Assembly: GCA_965235115.1 (NCBI GenBank)
Contig: OZ249440.1
Span: 9,238,001 to 9,302,000 of the forward strand
Reading direction: 5' to 3'
From: Laetmonice hystrix
Lineage: Eukaryota
DNA length: 64,000 nt
Shown: piece after piece, positions 23,660-37,500 of the stretch
Numbering within the stretch: position 1 is the first letter of the stretch
Layout of the letters: every line of letters starts with the position of its first letter
Program-made: the position numbers and the translations under genes
Notes under the pieces: generated by a model
Database searches by the model: none
Seen by the model: the letters and a program-made list of their open reading frames with translations, nothing else
Told to the model about the DNA's origin: nothing

Positions 23660-25100
23660 TAATAAAATGGCACGCTGCCGTTTTCCGATAGGTACCTATA
23701 AATGGAGGACGAGTAATGGTGGACAGTACCGTCTGAAGTGTCTGCGAGGTTTTTCTGATGGCTGCTTGCCTTGGGAGTTTTCATTAGCCTTGTTTACGGG
23801 AGGTATAAGTCAGCATTATGTGAAACATTTACGCTCGCCATCACCGGCCTTAAGTACATGACAAAAAGCCAGGATACACGCTAGAATTAGACGGATAAAT
23901 TTGATCCCTGCTGGGTTGATGGGAGTTGGGGAGTTATTGTGAAATAGAAATTTCCGAGTCATACCTTTGGGTGAGCCCCGGAGAAAAAGCCCTACCCTGG
24001 ATTCGATCAGTGGGGGTTGTCATATACCGTTTGGATCCTATATACGGACACTTGGCTGTGGTTGTAGTGTGGGTGACAGAACAAATTGAAACGAACCGTC
24101 TAGTCTGGGCTAGTCTGGCGGCCAGGGCCCTGTAAGATAGGCCAATGTCCGCACAAGTACGCCTAATGCCTGGTCTTCTCGCGGCAACATGTCCAGGGAA
24201 GGCTAACTATAGCACTTGGTTCTTCTCCGTCCGCCTGATGCAGCACTGGAGGTGGAGAAATTAAAGGATTAGCTTAATTACAAGCCGGGGCCATCAAGAG
24301 AACTCAATTCAGTCTGTCTGCACTTGGCTGCGGCCGCTGACCTTAGGGCTGGCTACTGCCGGCTTGGCGGCCCTAGGCCGATCTCACTCAAGCCTAATCA
24401 GCAGAGGAACTTTTTTTTACAACCGTAGGTGGAGTGGTGCTGTATCTATTGGCGGCCAGGCCACGGACAAGCCACGGTCGTTATCCGGCACGCAATCCGA
24501 CATGCCTTCACACCGCCCCAACCTCCGCCCAGAGGTTTACATCTACTTACATTTCAATATTAGTCGCCGCCAACAACACTTGTTCTGTCTGTAGATTTTG
24601 TAATCACCGTCTGATTCGGTCGAAAATTGATAAAGCAAAGCGAAAACTAGCTGACTCGGCCTCTAGCGACCCTTAATTTGAGAATGCAGTGCTTTCAAGG
24701 AAGAAAAAACTGTCCCTTGTAAATGAGGGTCAGTTTTCAGTATCAAGCAGTATTTAATAAGCGTCGGAGTTGATAGAGCCAACGGGCAAGAGCTATAGGC
24801 GAAACTTTTTTTCTACTTGTTGGCAATTTTAAAGGTTTTATTAAGGTCAGCTGTCAGCATGAGCCCAGACCAGCTCTCGCCAACACAGTGTTAAGGTATC
24901 ACCTGATAAAATGTGAATTTTATTACTTTGTGCTGAAGGGGATATGGCGAGACCTGACAATTTATTAAATGTTTCTGGTGTGCCTTATACTAAACACGAC
25001 AGGTAATCGTGATATTTATCAAACAGCTACTCTGAAATTGATCCCTTGAAAACAAAAGCCAACGCCTTGTAATTTCGCCTGGTGGCATTTTTATTAGGGC
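23660..25100 (+). mobile_element. Ngaro-type relic (RT > RNase H > YR start)
   Basis: GQY..DGCLPWEFSLALF (23667 ORF), LWVSPGEKALP..VGVVIYRLD (23926 ORF; cf. LGVPxAxEK..FLGxxLD), FFYNRRW (24364 ORF), FCNHRLIRSKIDK (24434 ORF; cf. FxCDNxxVVxxIN). Confidence 0.45.
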
Positions 25101-25461
25101 ATTAATGGCTGCTCTATACATATATTTACATACATAGATTAGACGCACCACAATGGTGGCATCATTGTGACTTAGACATATTACCTGTATATTCTGTCGC
25201 CCTCTGAGACAGAGGAGTCGCAGCCAAGGCCTTGTTTATTTATTGACATTGGCAGCAGGGAAATGTGGGTCCTCTAACATACTTCTGCCATATACATGTA
25301 CATGTACATTTGCAGTAGATAGGGTGTGCGAAGAGGTGTGTGGGGGTCACATCAAAGGACTAGGTGGACACACGGCAGGGTGGAGGGGTCGGGGTGGGTG
25401 TGTGGGGAGGGGGCGTGGGTCGAGTCCAGGTAACACGGATCACCTCCCGCTGCCGCCGCTC

Positions 25462-25950
25462 CTGACCTTAGCACTGAGGGCCCTCCTCCCTCCCTGACCT
25501 CAGCACTGAGGGCCCTCCTCCCTCCCCTGACCTCAGCGCTGAGGGCCCGCCTCCCTCCCCTGACCTCAGCACTGAGGGCCCGCCTCCCTCCCCTGACCTC
25601 AGCACTGAGGGCCCGCCTCCCTCCCTGACCTCAGCACTGAGGGCCCTCCTCCCTCCCCTGACCTCAGCACTGAGGGCCCGCCTCCCTCCCCTGACCTCAG
25701 CACTGAGGGCCCGCCTCCCTCCCCTGACCTCAGCACTGAGGGCCCGCCTCCCTCCCCTGACCTCAGCACTGAGGGCCCTCCTCCCTCCCCTGACCTCAGC
25801 ACTGAGGGCCCTCCTCCCTCCCTGACCTCAGCACTGAGGGCCCTCCTCCCTCCCCTGACCTCAGCACTGAGGGCCCTCCTCCCTCCCTGACCTCAGCACT
25901 GAGGGCCCTCCTCCCTCCCCTGACCTCAGCACTGAGGGCCCTCCTCCTCC
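25462..25950. repeat. 32/33-bp minisatellite (CTGACCTCAGCACTGAGGGCCC(G/T)CCTCCCTCCC), ~15 copies
   Basis: Directly visible. Each unit contains the inverted repeat CCTCAG-CA-CTGAGG. Confidence 0.97.
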
Positions 25951-26309
25951 TTCCTTCTGCCCCAGTCTGCATCACCTCTCGGGATGAAGAGACAAGCCAT
26001 GCTATCCTTTCCTGTTGTGGAGCCCCTTCAAAAAACCAGCTATCTGGTTGCACCGGGCCGTGATCAATGAAAAGGGTGTTTTGTGACAGGTATTGTGATT
26101 GCCTTGAGAGGGGTGTCCTTACAGAGTAGTCAGGTGTGGGGTAGGGTATTCACCCCCACCCACCCCTACCGGCAGACACTGCTACCTCACATGCTAGCAC
26201 TTGTTGTCTGGAGGGCATCTGATGTCAGTTGGTATATGAGCCAACAGGACAAAATGGCGCCAGACATTGGGATATACTATTGATGCGTGTGTTAACTGGG
26301 AGATTGAAG

Positions 26310-27170
26310 GACTCTAGGTCAGGAAGGTTGGATTGTATAGGATTCGCCAAGTCCATGATGATATAACAAAGCTTGCTATACTCCTAGGTATCCCTGTATC
26401 CAAATACAAATGTAGGATACGAAGCGATGGTACCTGGCCATAGACCGGCCGCATGGAGCATTCAAGTCCTTCTCTTGGCTGGCCTTCTTTCTTCCGTGAG
26501 CCAGACTTGTAGGTCCTTCTGCAAACAAGACGTGCTTCAGTGGGAACCCATCCCCAGGCCACCGACCCTAGTCCTCCGTGGACTGGTTGTAGTCCTACTA
26601 CTATGACCTTTTTACCATGGGATAACCCAGGCTCTTCTGTAGACCAGCCTTTGTAAGGTTATCCCAGTAGTAGCAGTATTTGATACACACCCCGACTCTG
26701 AGAGTATGTTGATGGCAAGAGTACAAGCGCCTGGGGTTAACCTAAGCATGCAATACCGCTATTGTTTCCAGCGTTGGCATGGACCGCGACTTGAATTACA
26801 CAGGTTGGACGGCGTCAACCTTTGATGGTCGGGAGATGTAGTACTGGGCTCGTTCAGTTGAGACGAAGGCACGATCGTAAACAGAATCTTTTATCACCGT
26901 TTCTCATCCGTGGGCCGTTCCCGTTCCGTGAACTAGGTTTTAAATTTTTGATGACACTTGCAGGAAGGGTCTATGTAGACAATGGTTCGCTCGGCGGCCC
27001 TTTGCCACAGCACCGCGGCGTCGTGCTCCATTTGCAGTAAGCCAAAGTTTCTGGCCTGTAGACTTGGCACCAGCTCAGTTGTTAGTAGACCTAGAACGGC
27101 GCCAAATTATTATGATAACCTTTTGTGTCCCCGGACAGATCCTGTATTGTCAGGCTCCAGTTAAACTTAA
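26310..27170 (+). mobile_element. Ngaro-type relic (gag end > RT N-terminus)
   Basis: GQEGWIV*D at 26317-26343 (cf. gag GGxGWxxYD), a decayed Zn-knuckle-like YNKACYTPRYPC..PHG, then VFDTHPD, LIRGPFPF (26822 ORF) and KPKFLACRL (26982 ORF). Confidence 0.4.
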
Positions 27171-27949
27171 AAAGGATCTTCATTCAAAATGTCGCATGAA
27201 TACAGGAGCACAATTTCCTCAGACAATTTTGAAATCTTAAAAAAAGTAGAGTCTGTGCATTGTTACTTCGTAGGAACAGAGCACTTCTTGTGAGTTGTAT
27301 TTTAGAAGTTGGGTCAGAGTGTGATCTCGCTGCTAGTTTGTAACCTAGTTAACAATTGCGTTTTGTATTTTGAACGCGTTGTTCTCAATTTAAGTGTGGA
27401 AACTGTGATGGATAAAAGATGTTTGAATTCGAAAGAGTAATAGTCATCAGATGCTCATGTTGTCAGGCGTTGTTTATGTAGGCTGGCCTGTCGTAGCTAC
27501 CTGTGCAGGTGAGGCGTTCTGTTAAGGTATGTCACAATGTCAGGTAAAAGATCAGACAGCCAGGTGGCACACAGATGACGCGCATTGCGAGGCCGCTACA
27601 ATGATAAACCAGCGGGTGGGTGCATGTGAGCAATGCTAATGGTCGTCCTGACTGTACAGGGTCAGACCTAGTCATATGTCACAGGTAGCTGTCAGCAGTG
27701 ATGGAGAGGGAGCCGGGGGGACTGTACAGTCAGGTCAGGTAGAGAGCCCCAGGCCACACTGGCCATTGGCGACCAGATATTTATGTACAGCAAACTGCAT
27801 GTATACACACATTGTCTTGTCAGTTACAACCCTGGCTGGGGTCGACGACTCATTCATTGTCCTTAAACGTACATCTGCGCTTTACAAAAAAAATACCTAT
27901 TTTGTAAACATTATGTGGTCAAGATGTGATGCAGGTGAGCCTTAAGCAA

Positions 27950-28380
27950 CTAGAAGTGGAGGTATGTAGGCACCTGGAGAAGGCCGTCAGCTAGATTTGC
28001 TCTTGATGGATTAATGAGACAAAAGTCGTAACGACCGGAATGATGGCCATTGTTAGACGAGGAGTTGACGACTATCAGTATAAGATAAAACGGAAAGGTA
28101 AAGTCCAGCGCCATGGATTCCGTCCAAGTTGTGGGATGACGACCCAGAAACCCGTCGGCTGCGGGGGTCAAAACTACGACCGATTTATTTCCATTAGAAA
28201 AACTGGTCATCCACCTCCCTAGGTCGTCTATCAACGTCGGCAGAGACAGGTCGTAAACGAGATGACCTTTGTTGTAATGGCGCGCGTTTTGACTCGCAAA
28301 TCTCAAGTGTAGCATGGCGGCAGTATGCATGAAAGTGAGCCATGGTGGGTTTGCATTGCGAGAGACAATTCCGCGTCAAG
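27950..28380 (-). mobile_element. YR retrotransposon RT/RNase H junction relic
   Basis: ORF 27950-28330: MLHLRFASQNARHY..HLVYDLSLPTLIDDLGRWMTSFSNGNKS..WTESMALDF (cf. GxLxFA..HxIxL..DLxWWxxFLxxWNGxS..TDAS). Confidence 0.5.
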
Positions 28381-29559
28381 TTGCAAAAGATGGATTTATT
28401 TATTGTTTTGTTTTCGACTGAAATAATAAAATCCGCTTGTCGATGATGTGCAAAAGTTACTGTCGAGGAGTGACGATGGATTCATTGCATCTGACGTCAG
28501 TCGCAACATGAATGAACACTCCCCGTTCACTCCCTGAACACTCGCTGTTTGTCTGCCATATTTGATTTCACAAAGAAACCGAAACCGGGAATGTACTTTG
28601 GGACATTTAGGCCGAGATTTCGCGAGTTATAAATTAAAACTGATCACATTTGTATTATGTTTACAAGAGAAGAGCTTGCACCGCCCTAAAAGGTGCTACA
28701 GTAATAGCACCGACAGCAGAGCCGAGTAGGCACTCGCAGGCAATATGAACATGCACATGGCATCGTATTTTGATCATTCAGTGCCGGTATAAAGTTTCAT
28801 TGTCGGGTTATTATATCAACTGCAGAGTATCAGCTACTCCAGTAGAATAGGAGGGGGCTCATTGTATGACTGTTTACCCACGTTTTCCAATCTCTGAATG
28901 TTTCGGGTGGCAAGCAAACGATTGAAAATGCAGCATCACGTAGAGTGGTAATGTCGTTACCGTGCGTCAAAACAACCTACCGTGGATGTACGAGGGGATC
29001 GTAAGATTTTTAATTAACTCATTGTTTTGGGCGCACGGTGCAAGTGCAAATACATGGTAGTGAAAATGGAAGTTATTTATATATGTGGCAGACAATGGAG
29101 GCGCCGGCGTTTAATCGGATAGAGGGGTAGCGTAATGGAGTAAAGTGGGATCTATTTGAAGTGAGATGGAATGTGCTACTGTGACGTGATTGTTATGACG
29201 TGGAATTGACGTGACACAGCCAGAAATATTGGAGCATTTCATGAACCAGTCCATGTAGCCGTTATACAATTATGGTCATAGAGTTTTAACGTTGGCAGGC
29301 GACGGGCGGTTCAACTTGAAAATACAGGGGTTGAAAGATGGTGATGATGAACTTTGACCTTCTACGGAGGCCACACAATATAAGATATCGAGATGGCTTC
29401 CATGAGATGGTATCATGAGGACCTGATGAGGGTTTCACTGATGCTGACAATCAATTGATGAGGCACTCATTGGAGGAGGCGCTCGTTGATGAGGCATCAG
29501 CTCTGCCTTAGCAATGTCACTGAGGGATGCCGTGTGATTTGGGGGGGGGGGGGGGGGGA

Positions 29560-31000
29560 GGGGGCTCGCACAGAGAGTTCCAGTGTTTGGAAGACTACCA
29601 AAAGGAAACTCTCCATAATTCAGTCCAGGAGGGAATAACCTCAGATAGACCGTTGATTGCACAAAATGTTCGCAAGTGGGGCGAATCGCGTTGTGATGAA
29701 TACGACGTTCAGAGGGGCAGAACCCTCAAGTTAACGCACCCGTTAAAAATCCTTGGTGCACATAAATAGGATACCAACGATTTTTATTTTATCGCTATTT
29801 CCTCACGCCAAATATTTCACGTCTGATTTGGTTACCCCGTTTGCCCGTAGTTTTTGCACATGAAGCGCGCTCCAGTTGTCATACGGCTAACCCGAGGCGG
29901 CAGGCGAGGGTGGCAACGTGTCAGTTCTAGGATGACACAGCCGGCGGGGGCAGGTTGACGTGAGGAGGGCCAGGGGCGGGCAGCCGGTCACTGTTTGATT
30001 GTCAGCCGGGCCCTTACCCCGCCAGGCTGGACAGCCAGAGAACAATGGGGTCCTACTGAGCCGGTTACACAACTACACAACGACACAACACGGGCAAACT
30101 CAGCCCCAGTGGCCGCCTGCGGCGCTGGCTTCACCCAGCCAACCTGTTTCCATAAATTGATTAGCGCAGAATAATATGATTTCTACATATTCATGAAATT
30201 GACATCTGTCTGCCTGAACACAAGCATAATTTATCATGTTTGGAAGCAGAAGGTAGAAAATAATCGCTCAATTCAGCGAGACGGCATCAATGCATGCGGT
30301 GGTACGTAACTTGCATCAGTTCTTGCAGCATCCACGTATATGCTTCAGTACCAGCAGTGGCCTACATCAGTATTTGGTGATATCAGATGGGAGATTGTGG
30401 GTTTCATGCATTGTTCACACACAGTGGTGTGTAAATTACTAATGTTTCCCGAGGCAGTACATGCGGTGCTTGAGTTCATGTATGTATATATTAACCCCGG
30501 TATTAAGGACGTACCTTCGAGTCCTTAATCTCCACGGTTTTCAGATACATTTCAGCCCAATTGGGGGGGGGGGGGGGAGGGGTCTGACAAACCAAGGCTG
30601 GCGAGCAAGGGCTGTTGCCAGAGATAATTCGTTGGTATTTTGCCAAGTAAATGGCTTCGCCTCGACGTCTTTATGACAATTTTGCCAGCTGGCCTGTTTT
30701 CAAAATGTGACTAAATCCAGTCTACCTCGTGACGCCGACGGGTGGTGGCTGATAAAATTTGTGGGCAAGTGTATGCATATACTGAGGTATATTTTTCCTA
30801 ATTCTTTACTGTTTTATGAAGGCATCAGGAATCAAACGTCAAACCATGCAGGATCATGATCAATGCAGTTTGAAGAAATCCTTTGTAGTAACCAAATTTT
30901 TCCTACTTCCTGTCCCTTGACTGGTCGACTTGATTGATTATTTTTATCATTTGTAACAGTGCTCCAAAAGGTATGCCAGTCTTATCTAGCAGACATGTCT
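29560..31000 (+). mobile_element. Ngaro-type relic (gag > RT N-terminus)
   Basis: KWGESRCDEYDVQRGR (29527 ORF; cf. WxxYDxxFR), FPEAVHAVLEF (30340 ORF), WRARAVARDNSLVFCQVNGF (30461 ORF; cf. KxRxIxDLS..SVN). Confidence 0.35.
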
Positions 31001-31305
31001 GAACTCATGTGACATATGGCCAATCAGATACAACTGTACTATTTTTGTTATATGCAGTCGTCATGACAACAGGTGAAGGGAGTGCTCCCTATGACAAACG
31101 TAGGTTATTTCATGAAACTGCCCTTGTCGGTATTAGTAAAGGCAAGTCATGAAATATCTCCAATCTGTCCATGTTGCGTAGAGTTTTTGTCAAGGATTTG
31201 ATCAGGTGACAGGGCTGTATTCAGTAGGCTGACTAGATATGACATGCAGCCTATGTCCACGTTAACCCGGCCAGGTTGACGGTAGGGCTGAGTCACGACG
31301 ACCAC

Positions 31306-31322
31306 CAGCGCCCTCTGGCAGT
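31306..31322 (-). promoter_or_regulatory. CTCF-like motif
   Basis: CAGCGCCCTCTGGCAGT (reverse complement ACTGCCAGAGGGCGCTG) resembles the CTCF core consensus. An AP-1-like TGAGTCA lies at 31289-31295. This is a motif match only. Confidence 0.2.
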
Positions 31323-32589
31323 AGATCCGCGGGCCCGTTTACCTGGGTACCTGGATATGATCTCAACGAGGTTTGAACATGTCAGTCTCAGTGTAGGCCG
31401 ACTGGAGGGGGGGGGGGGGGTCTAGTTTTGTTCACTTTGTGAACGGGAACATGATTTTTCATTGCGTGTTTCGCACATCGTGACTCGAAAAGTGCCACGT
31501 GACTAAAACGTGAACCTTAACAACTCGAATGATTATTGAAACCGCAGACTTGAAGACGGTGATTTCCTGGCCGGGGTTATTCTTAGTGGGACACTTTGAT
31601 CATGACGTGAATTCTGTGACCAGAGACACTGGTATAAAGTACCGGAAGTTGTGTCACGTGACGTCACATACAGCCATGGCGCGTTACAGGACAATCAAGC
31701 CATTTTACGTGACGTCAAGTACAAACACAGACTATAGCGGCTGTGTTAGGCACAAATCCAGTATCCACCTATCCTACGAAAAACCACTTCCCTCGGGGCT
31801 CAAATGTCTTGGTTTTAATCGGGCTAATTGTATTAGTGAACCCCAAAAATATGACATTTGGAGAGAAAACTTGTTTTCTTGAAAGGATACTAATGCTGCA
31901 AACATTGTATTTATTTTATTTCAATATGTGCATGCCTACCCCGTCAATAACCCAGAACTTGACCAGACTTAGCGAGGAACAATCTAGTGGGCAGTAACTA
32001 TAAAAGTTGTATAGAAAAACTGTGTTTCTGTTAAAACTGAAATACCTTTCCTGCACATAGAAAATTATTGTAGAGCGTTAATAGATGTGGCCATCCAAAT
32101 GACAATAAGTTTCTGTTGAATGCCAACAGTAATCGGACATCAATAAGATTGCAATACTAAGTCTAACAAAAAGCAATACAGTACATGTATAGTCTTGGAA
32201 AAGTTATCTCCGTAACGAACAGAAAGCAGTAATCTAAATCATGTAGTAGGTCAGTTGAAAGAGAGAGCATGCTGCAGCAAGTTTGAGAGTGGCATATTTC
32301 TAGGAAAGGTCAGTAATGGCAGTAATTACTGCCATTACTGTTAATGGGTTCGGGCAGGGGGGGGAATACTTCTCAGCAGAGAATTTTATCTGGCATGGTA
32401 TCAGTGACGGGAATGTTTTGAGTACAAATGGAAAGGTAAGGAGACACTATTTTCAGTGTTAACAAGACACCATTGGATAAAATAGGACCCTGTCAGTGTC
32501 TGTTGTCAGGCGTTGGCTCAGGTGTGCCACTGTGTTTGGTCGTGGTAACAACAACGATTCTGGGGCACATCACGACACTGGCGAGGACA

Positions 32590-35200
32590 CCAATCCAGGG
32601 GGACGAGGCGCGGCTATGGAAAGCCGGATGGTCAATATTCGCAGGAAAAGTAGAAAACAGCGGAAGTTTGTTAAATAATCACCGTTAAAATAAACTGCAC
32701 GTATAATCGTCAAATATATTGCAAGTGAAGCGGGATTTTATGGAAAACGCTTGAGGACGCGTTCGCAGTGGTGTTGTCAATAATATTGTTTCTTTAATAA
32801 AAACGTACTAAGTGCTGTGGAGAAGTAAGAAGGATGTGCTGAACACGGGCTCCATTATGACATGCTCGGCAGTGGATTCGTCTTGTCAATTATTAAATGA
32901 CACCCCGGACTTGGAAATAATTATCCCTTTATTTGATTTATCAGCCGGCTCAGTTGGTACATAGATTGCCAGCACCGCAGGTCACTGAGGCTAAAGCCAT
33001 TGCGCCAGCACTTAATTATAAGTACCAAATTGCATTCAGTAGAGATAGCACATGTGCTCATGCATGGTGCTGTTAACTGTTAGTCTCAGAGTGATATGAG
33101 ATGGACGAAATCTATAGGTTATTATGATATGTTACAAGAAACCGATAGTTGGTGGTGGTGGGGGGGAGCTAAACAAAGACTTTCAGTAGAGTAATACGAC
33201 ACGTTATAAAACATTGTGACGACGACAAAATGAGATCCAGCAATATGAACATCTTTCTCATTGAGATTGAACAATATGGGGATAATTGAAAATGTGGAAA
33301 GGCGAAAAACTGATTATTGAGACATGGACGTATCGCATTATAAGTTAGGTTGTTAGAAAAGGTAACTTAGCTCTGTGTGTCAGTTAATTATGTAACCTGA
33401 AGATGTAAGGATATCTCATGCTTTCCTCTGTCGTTCTGAGGCCTTTGCTTTAACACGTTCACGAACCGTTGCTGAGGTTGGTTGTTGGCGTGCAGAAGTT
33501 TTCTAGATCGGGTCATTTAATCCGCGAAAGTTCGCAAACGGTTTATGGGACGTGCTGCGGTTCGCAGCTAAAGGGCAAGATTTGTTCGGGTTTGTTAATG
33601 GCGCTGAACGTGAAGGCATCACGTTAACGCGTGTTACATGCAATAGTGGCAATAGACCGGCCACTGGCCTTCAGCAATTTACATTCACTGTTTGCCGACC
33701 GGCACGTCATGTGTGCGCGTGCGCCGGGGCGCATGCGTAGACGGGAGGCCACTTGGTGACGTCATCAGCCGTAACGGACGCAGTTTCACGACAGTGATGA
33801 TGACCGAAACACAACGCACGTGCGCACACACGGAGCAGTGCCAGACACTCGCCCATGGTGTTTGCCTTTAATAAAACGTTCATATCGATTATTTTGACAG
33901 TGTTTGTTAGCTGCAGTGGCAACGATCTGAGTGGCCAATGGTCGGCCGACATGAGCGCGTGCTGTTGTTGAGACCTCAACATTCAATCTTTTCTGAGTGT
34001 GTGTGTGTGTTAATACCTTTATCACGATTCCAGGTGTAAACTTTCACAAGACCTGCTCTCCAATCCAGACGATAATGCGAGATGCACGACACCCCCCCCC
34101 CCCCCCCAAAAAAAAAAAAAAGGCAGGAGTGAAAGCATAGTACCCACTGCCTCTAGCACACACACACTGACAGAGATAGGTGGCGATAAATGTGACCAAG
34201 TATCTGGTATACATGTATACCGTGTGGTGTGATATGTCCGACGGCATGTCGTGACGGGTCTCACAAAGAGGAGGTTAGCGCCGGACACATGGTCTGAGGC
34301 CAGTAAACGGGTAGCAGCGGCCGGTGGTGTTGGGGGGAGTGGGAGGGGGCCTACAGTGGTGGTCGTGTCGATAGAACCAGGGGACACTCGTAATGGTTGT
34401 GTAATGAAGTGTAGACACGGCAGGAACTGTGTCCAGGTCGTCAACCGGTGGAAACGGGCCAGGTCTGCTGCAGGGGCCTGTCCTCGAGAACACCTTGTCG
34501 ATATAAGGTACCTACCTGAACAAGGTCGTCACGACGGACAGGGGTGGGGGGGGGGGGGCAGGGAGTCTGGGGCAGTCTGCCAGATTAACATCATTAGTAG
34601 GTGTCTATGGGAAACCTGCTGCAGTGACAACCCCGCCTCCCTACCTACCGCTGGATATAACGTCTTAGGTCAGGGATTTTCCTTCAACGATCAGACCTAT
34701 AGGGGCCCAGATAATCAAAGTGCGGAGTTGTGTAAGTTTATAGACTGACACTTGTACCGGTGGAGAAGGTGGGGGATTTCCCGGTGCTGTATGTACATCA
34801 GATGTTAAACAAACAACATACTGAGTGCCTTGAGATGATAGCGGCGTTTATAACGAATAAACACGCAACAATATCGTCTGTTTATAAGACGAGGGATTGG
34901 TGGTTGGCGGGGAGAGAGTTATGCGAGGTTATGAGAGATGAGAGAGGATCCAAATTTTTGTTATCTTAACACAAGTTATAACAAGGGGGAAGAAAGGTTG
35001 AACAGAATCTAGCAGATACAAGGATAGGACTGAGTGGTTGGGTGTGTGAGTGTAGTTTTTGAGAAGCATTGCGCCCAGCCTTGCCGGTCTATCCGAACTG
35101 TAGCGGTGTCGTGCGAGGTTAATATCTCAGCAAGAACTTGGGTCACTCGGCAAATGGATTCTATCGAATTTTACAGGAATGCCGTGCAGTAAAGGAGATA
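32590..35200 (+). mobile_element. Decayed Ngaro-type element (RT > RNase H > YR), colinear
   Basis: GGRGAAMESRMVNIRR (32496 ORF; cf. GRGALMAKxDIxxAFR), GFYGKRLRTRS 32733-32765, LHYDMLG 32850-32870, LRFAAKGQDLFGFVNG (33552 ORF), RRLAPDTW (34251 ORF; cf. LAxST), ECLEMIAAFIT..RDWWLAGREL (34760 ORF), KNLGHSANGFYRIL 35132-35173 (cf. LGRWxSxAFxxYIR). Confidence 0.55.
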
Positions 35201-36239
35201 CTGTTTATACTAATACAGTATGGCTTGGTTGTAAGGGATTTGTAACCGACCAGAGACTGAGAGAGAGGATGGGGGAGTCGCCAACCATCAGAGCTGTAAA
35301 AAAACGTAATTAGTTTACTATTCTTATCTGTGCAGTGATGATGATAGGTTCATCCTCACACAGAAAACCCGTGCCACCGCTAAAGGAAATCTAATCAGAT
35401 ATTTACATGAGATGACTCTTTTTGTCTATAGAAGCGATACATCTTCTTTTTATTGAGCGTCGCTTGCTTGAACGTAGAAAATTACATAATATTCACATAG
35501 CGGCAGGCACCGGCAGCAGCGGGGGCTCACAGGAGGATGGCCGTGTGTGTAGGGGGGGGGGGGGGGGAGGGGGCGGCATGTAGGCTGGGCGTGGGGAGTT
35601 GATAAGGTTGGGGACGATTCGTGTTCTGGCGGTTCACATGAAACAGGCAAGGCGTTGAGAGGGGCAGGTCGAAGAGGGTCACCATGACAGGAAAATGACG
35701 ATGGCGTTGTATTTGCTCGTTTTTGTCGTCTGCTTGCCGTGACTGGTTTGCCACCCCCTCCCCCAATCAAGGCAATCGAAACCCACAAATGGAAACCATT
35801 TGGGTGGGGGTGAGGGGGCCGGGGTATGCGTGTAGGCCCCCTAATCATCGGCGGGTGGAGTACATCGAAATGGGTTGCTTGAGGTAAAATGGATTGCTAT
35901 GATGTGTTAGTATTGAAGGACTGAAGGCGGTCTGTTTGAGTGATTCCAGTCAGCAGCGAACTGCGAATTCATATTGAAATCATCGTTTTGAGATTGGTTG
36001 TCACAGCCCTGATTGGTAACCACTCACACCCTAGCGTTCCTGTGAACCCAGATCACACGGAGGGACGGGCAAGAAAAAGAAAAATCGTCGACGCACCGTC
36101 TTGACGGGAAGGGGAGATGGGCCGTCCGGAGATTGGAGAAATATGTTAGGAAATTGAGTTGTACTAGGTTAGTGGGGTGGTGTTGGTTAGGCCTGGGGGG
36201 GGGGGGGGGTGTATTGGGCTGTGTATGGGCTGTGTATGG

Positions 36240-37500
36240 GCACCGTGCCAGATTTGGGCCATGGACATTAACATTTCACCAACCATTGCTCCGCTTTACC
36301 TCCGTCGTGTACCCCCACAAACTGAGCGCCTTTCATCAATCATCATTTTATTGATCACCCAACTCGGGCAATCATGACCGTTTGAGAAAAACAAGGACAC
36401 AATTTTGTCGAGAAGTTGTGCCAATGATTGTGTCTGAACCGATTTGACTGCCTTCACCAGCTAGTTAGCTCCACCTAGCGAGCAAAATAACCGCTGTCTT
36501 CCTACCTTTTGGGCTGTCTATTTTAACCAAATATGGTCTCCGCAAAGCACCATTATGAATTTATCACCCATTATCTAAGATGAAGCGAAGACGAGCGGCC
36601 TTTCTCACAGGGAAGAAAAATATCCAGATGATATTCCTCGTTTCATTTAGAATCAGGCGTTTGTTTCATCTTCATAAGCATTTATCACCATCGCTGCATT
36701 CATAACACATCACGCAATTCTTATCCCAGTACATCAGCATGATACATGGATTTCATTTCTTTGAATATCTTTTCCATGACAGAAGCAAATTAGAATCTTA
36801 ATTTCCTTCATACTTTTTTTTGCCTTTGTGGATGACACGAGAAACCATAATGGGGAAAATTGAGAAGTCCGTCCCAGCTAGCTCGGAGCGTCGCCGAGTG
36901 GCTGGCACAGTAATATGTTAACTCTGTGGTGGTCACGTAACAAGAAAATAAATCTGATGGCAAGAAAATAGAACTTTAATATGTGTGGCTTCCACTGAAT
37001 TTTCTCAGCCACGCGGAGGACATGAAATGGGGCCATTTCTAAGGAAAAGGGAAGCAACCCATTTCATGCCATTTGGTGAAATGGTTTCACTTTGTCAACG
37101 TTTGAAAAGTTACCTGTTTATAAAGATGGGAGTTTTAAACCAAACTGCGGGAGACACTTAACCGATTCTGCTGAAATTCATGACTTTGGGATTTCTTTAA
37201 AAGGCGCCGTTCTAAATGAGTTGACTGACGGCAGCTGGTGCCTTCAAAGTACGGCCGCTCTGTGACACTGTACAAAACTCGCAATTGTGGTTTGGGACAA
37301 CACGAGATTGTGCAATAAAATGGAAATAAGTGATTGCATTAAAGTCAGCGGTGCACTGGGCAGAGTCAGAGAGCTGTCAGGCAGAGTGACTGCCGAAAAA
37401 CGGTCTTGTCGCCAATTTTTGTTGGGATCAAATTCTGTGGAGGATCAGGTATCGGGTAGGGAATCGGGCGTGGCGTCAGAGTACGGGGATTCTGTTTTAT
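36240..37500 (+). mobile_element. YR retrotransposon RT relic
   Basis: HRARFGPWTLTFHQPLLRFTSVVYPHK (36133 ORF) and IKVSGALGRVRELSGRV..KRSCRQFL (37287 ORF). Confidence 0.3.

Noticed and set aside
27950-28330. LINE (CR1/L2) reverse transcriptase interpretation; similarly SGVP..LSPFL at ~40370
   Set aside because: Motif order and spacing fit the Ngaro RT/RNase H junction and the YR N-terminus better. A LINE origin is not excluded without an HMM search.
33729-33764. NRF1-like GCGCATGCG and CRE TGACGTCA as a nested promoter
   Set aside because: They lie inside the RNase H part of a colinear relic, with no associated first exon.
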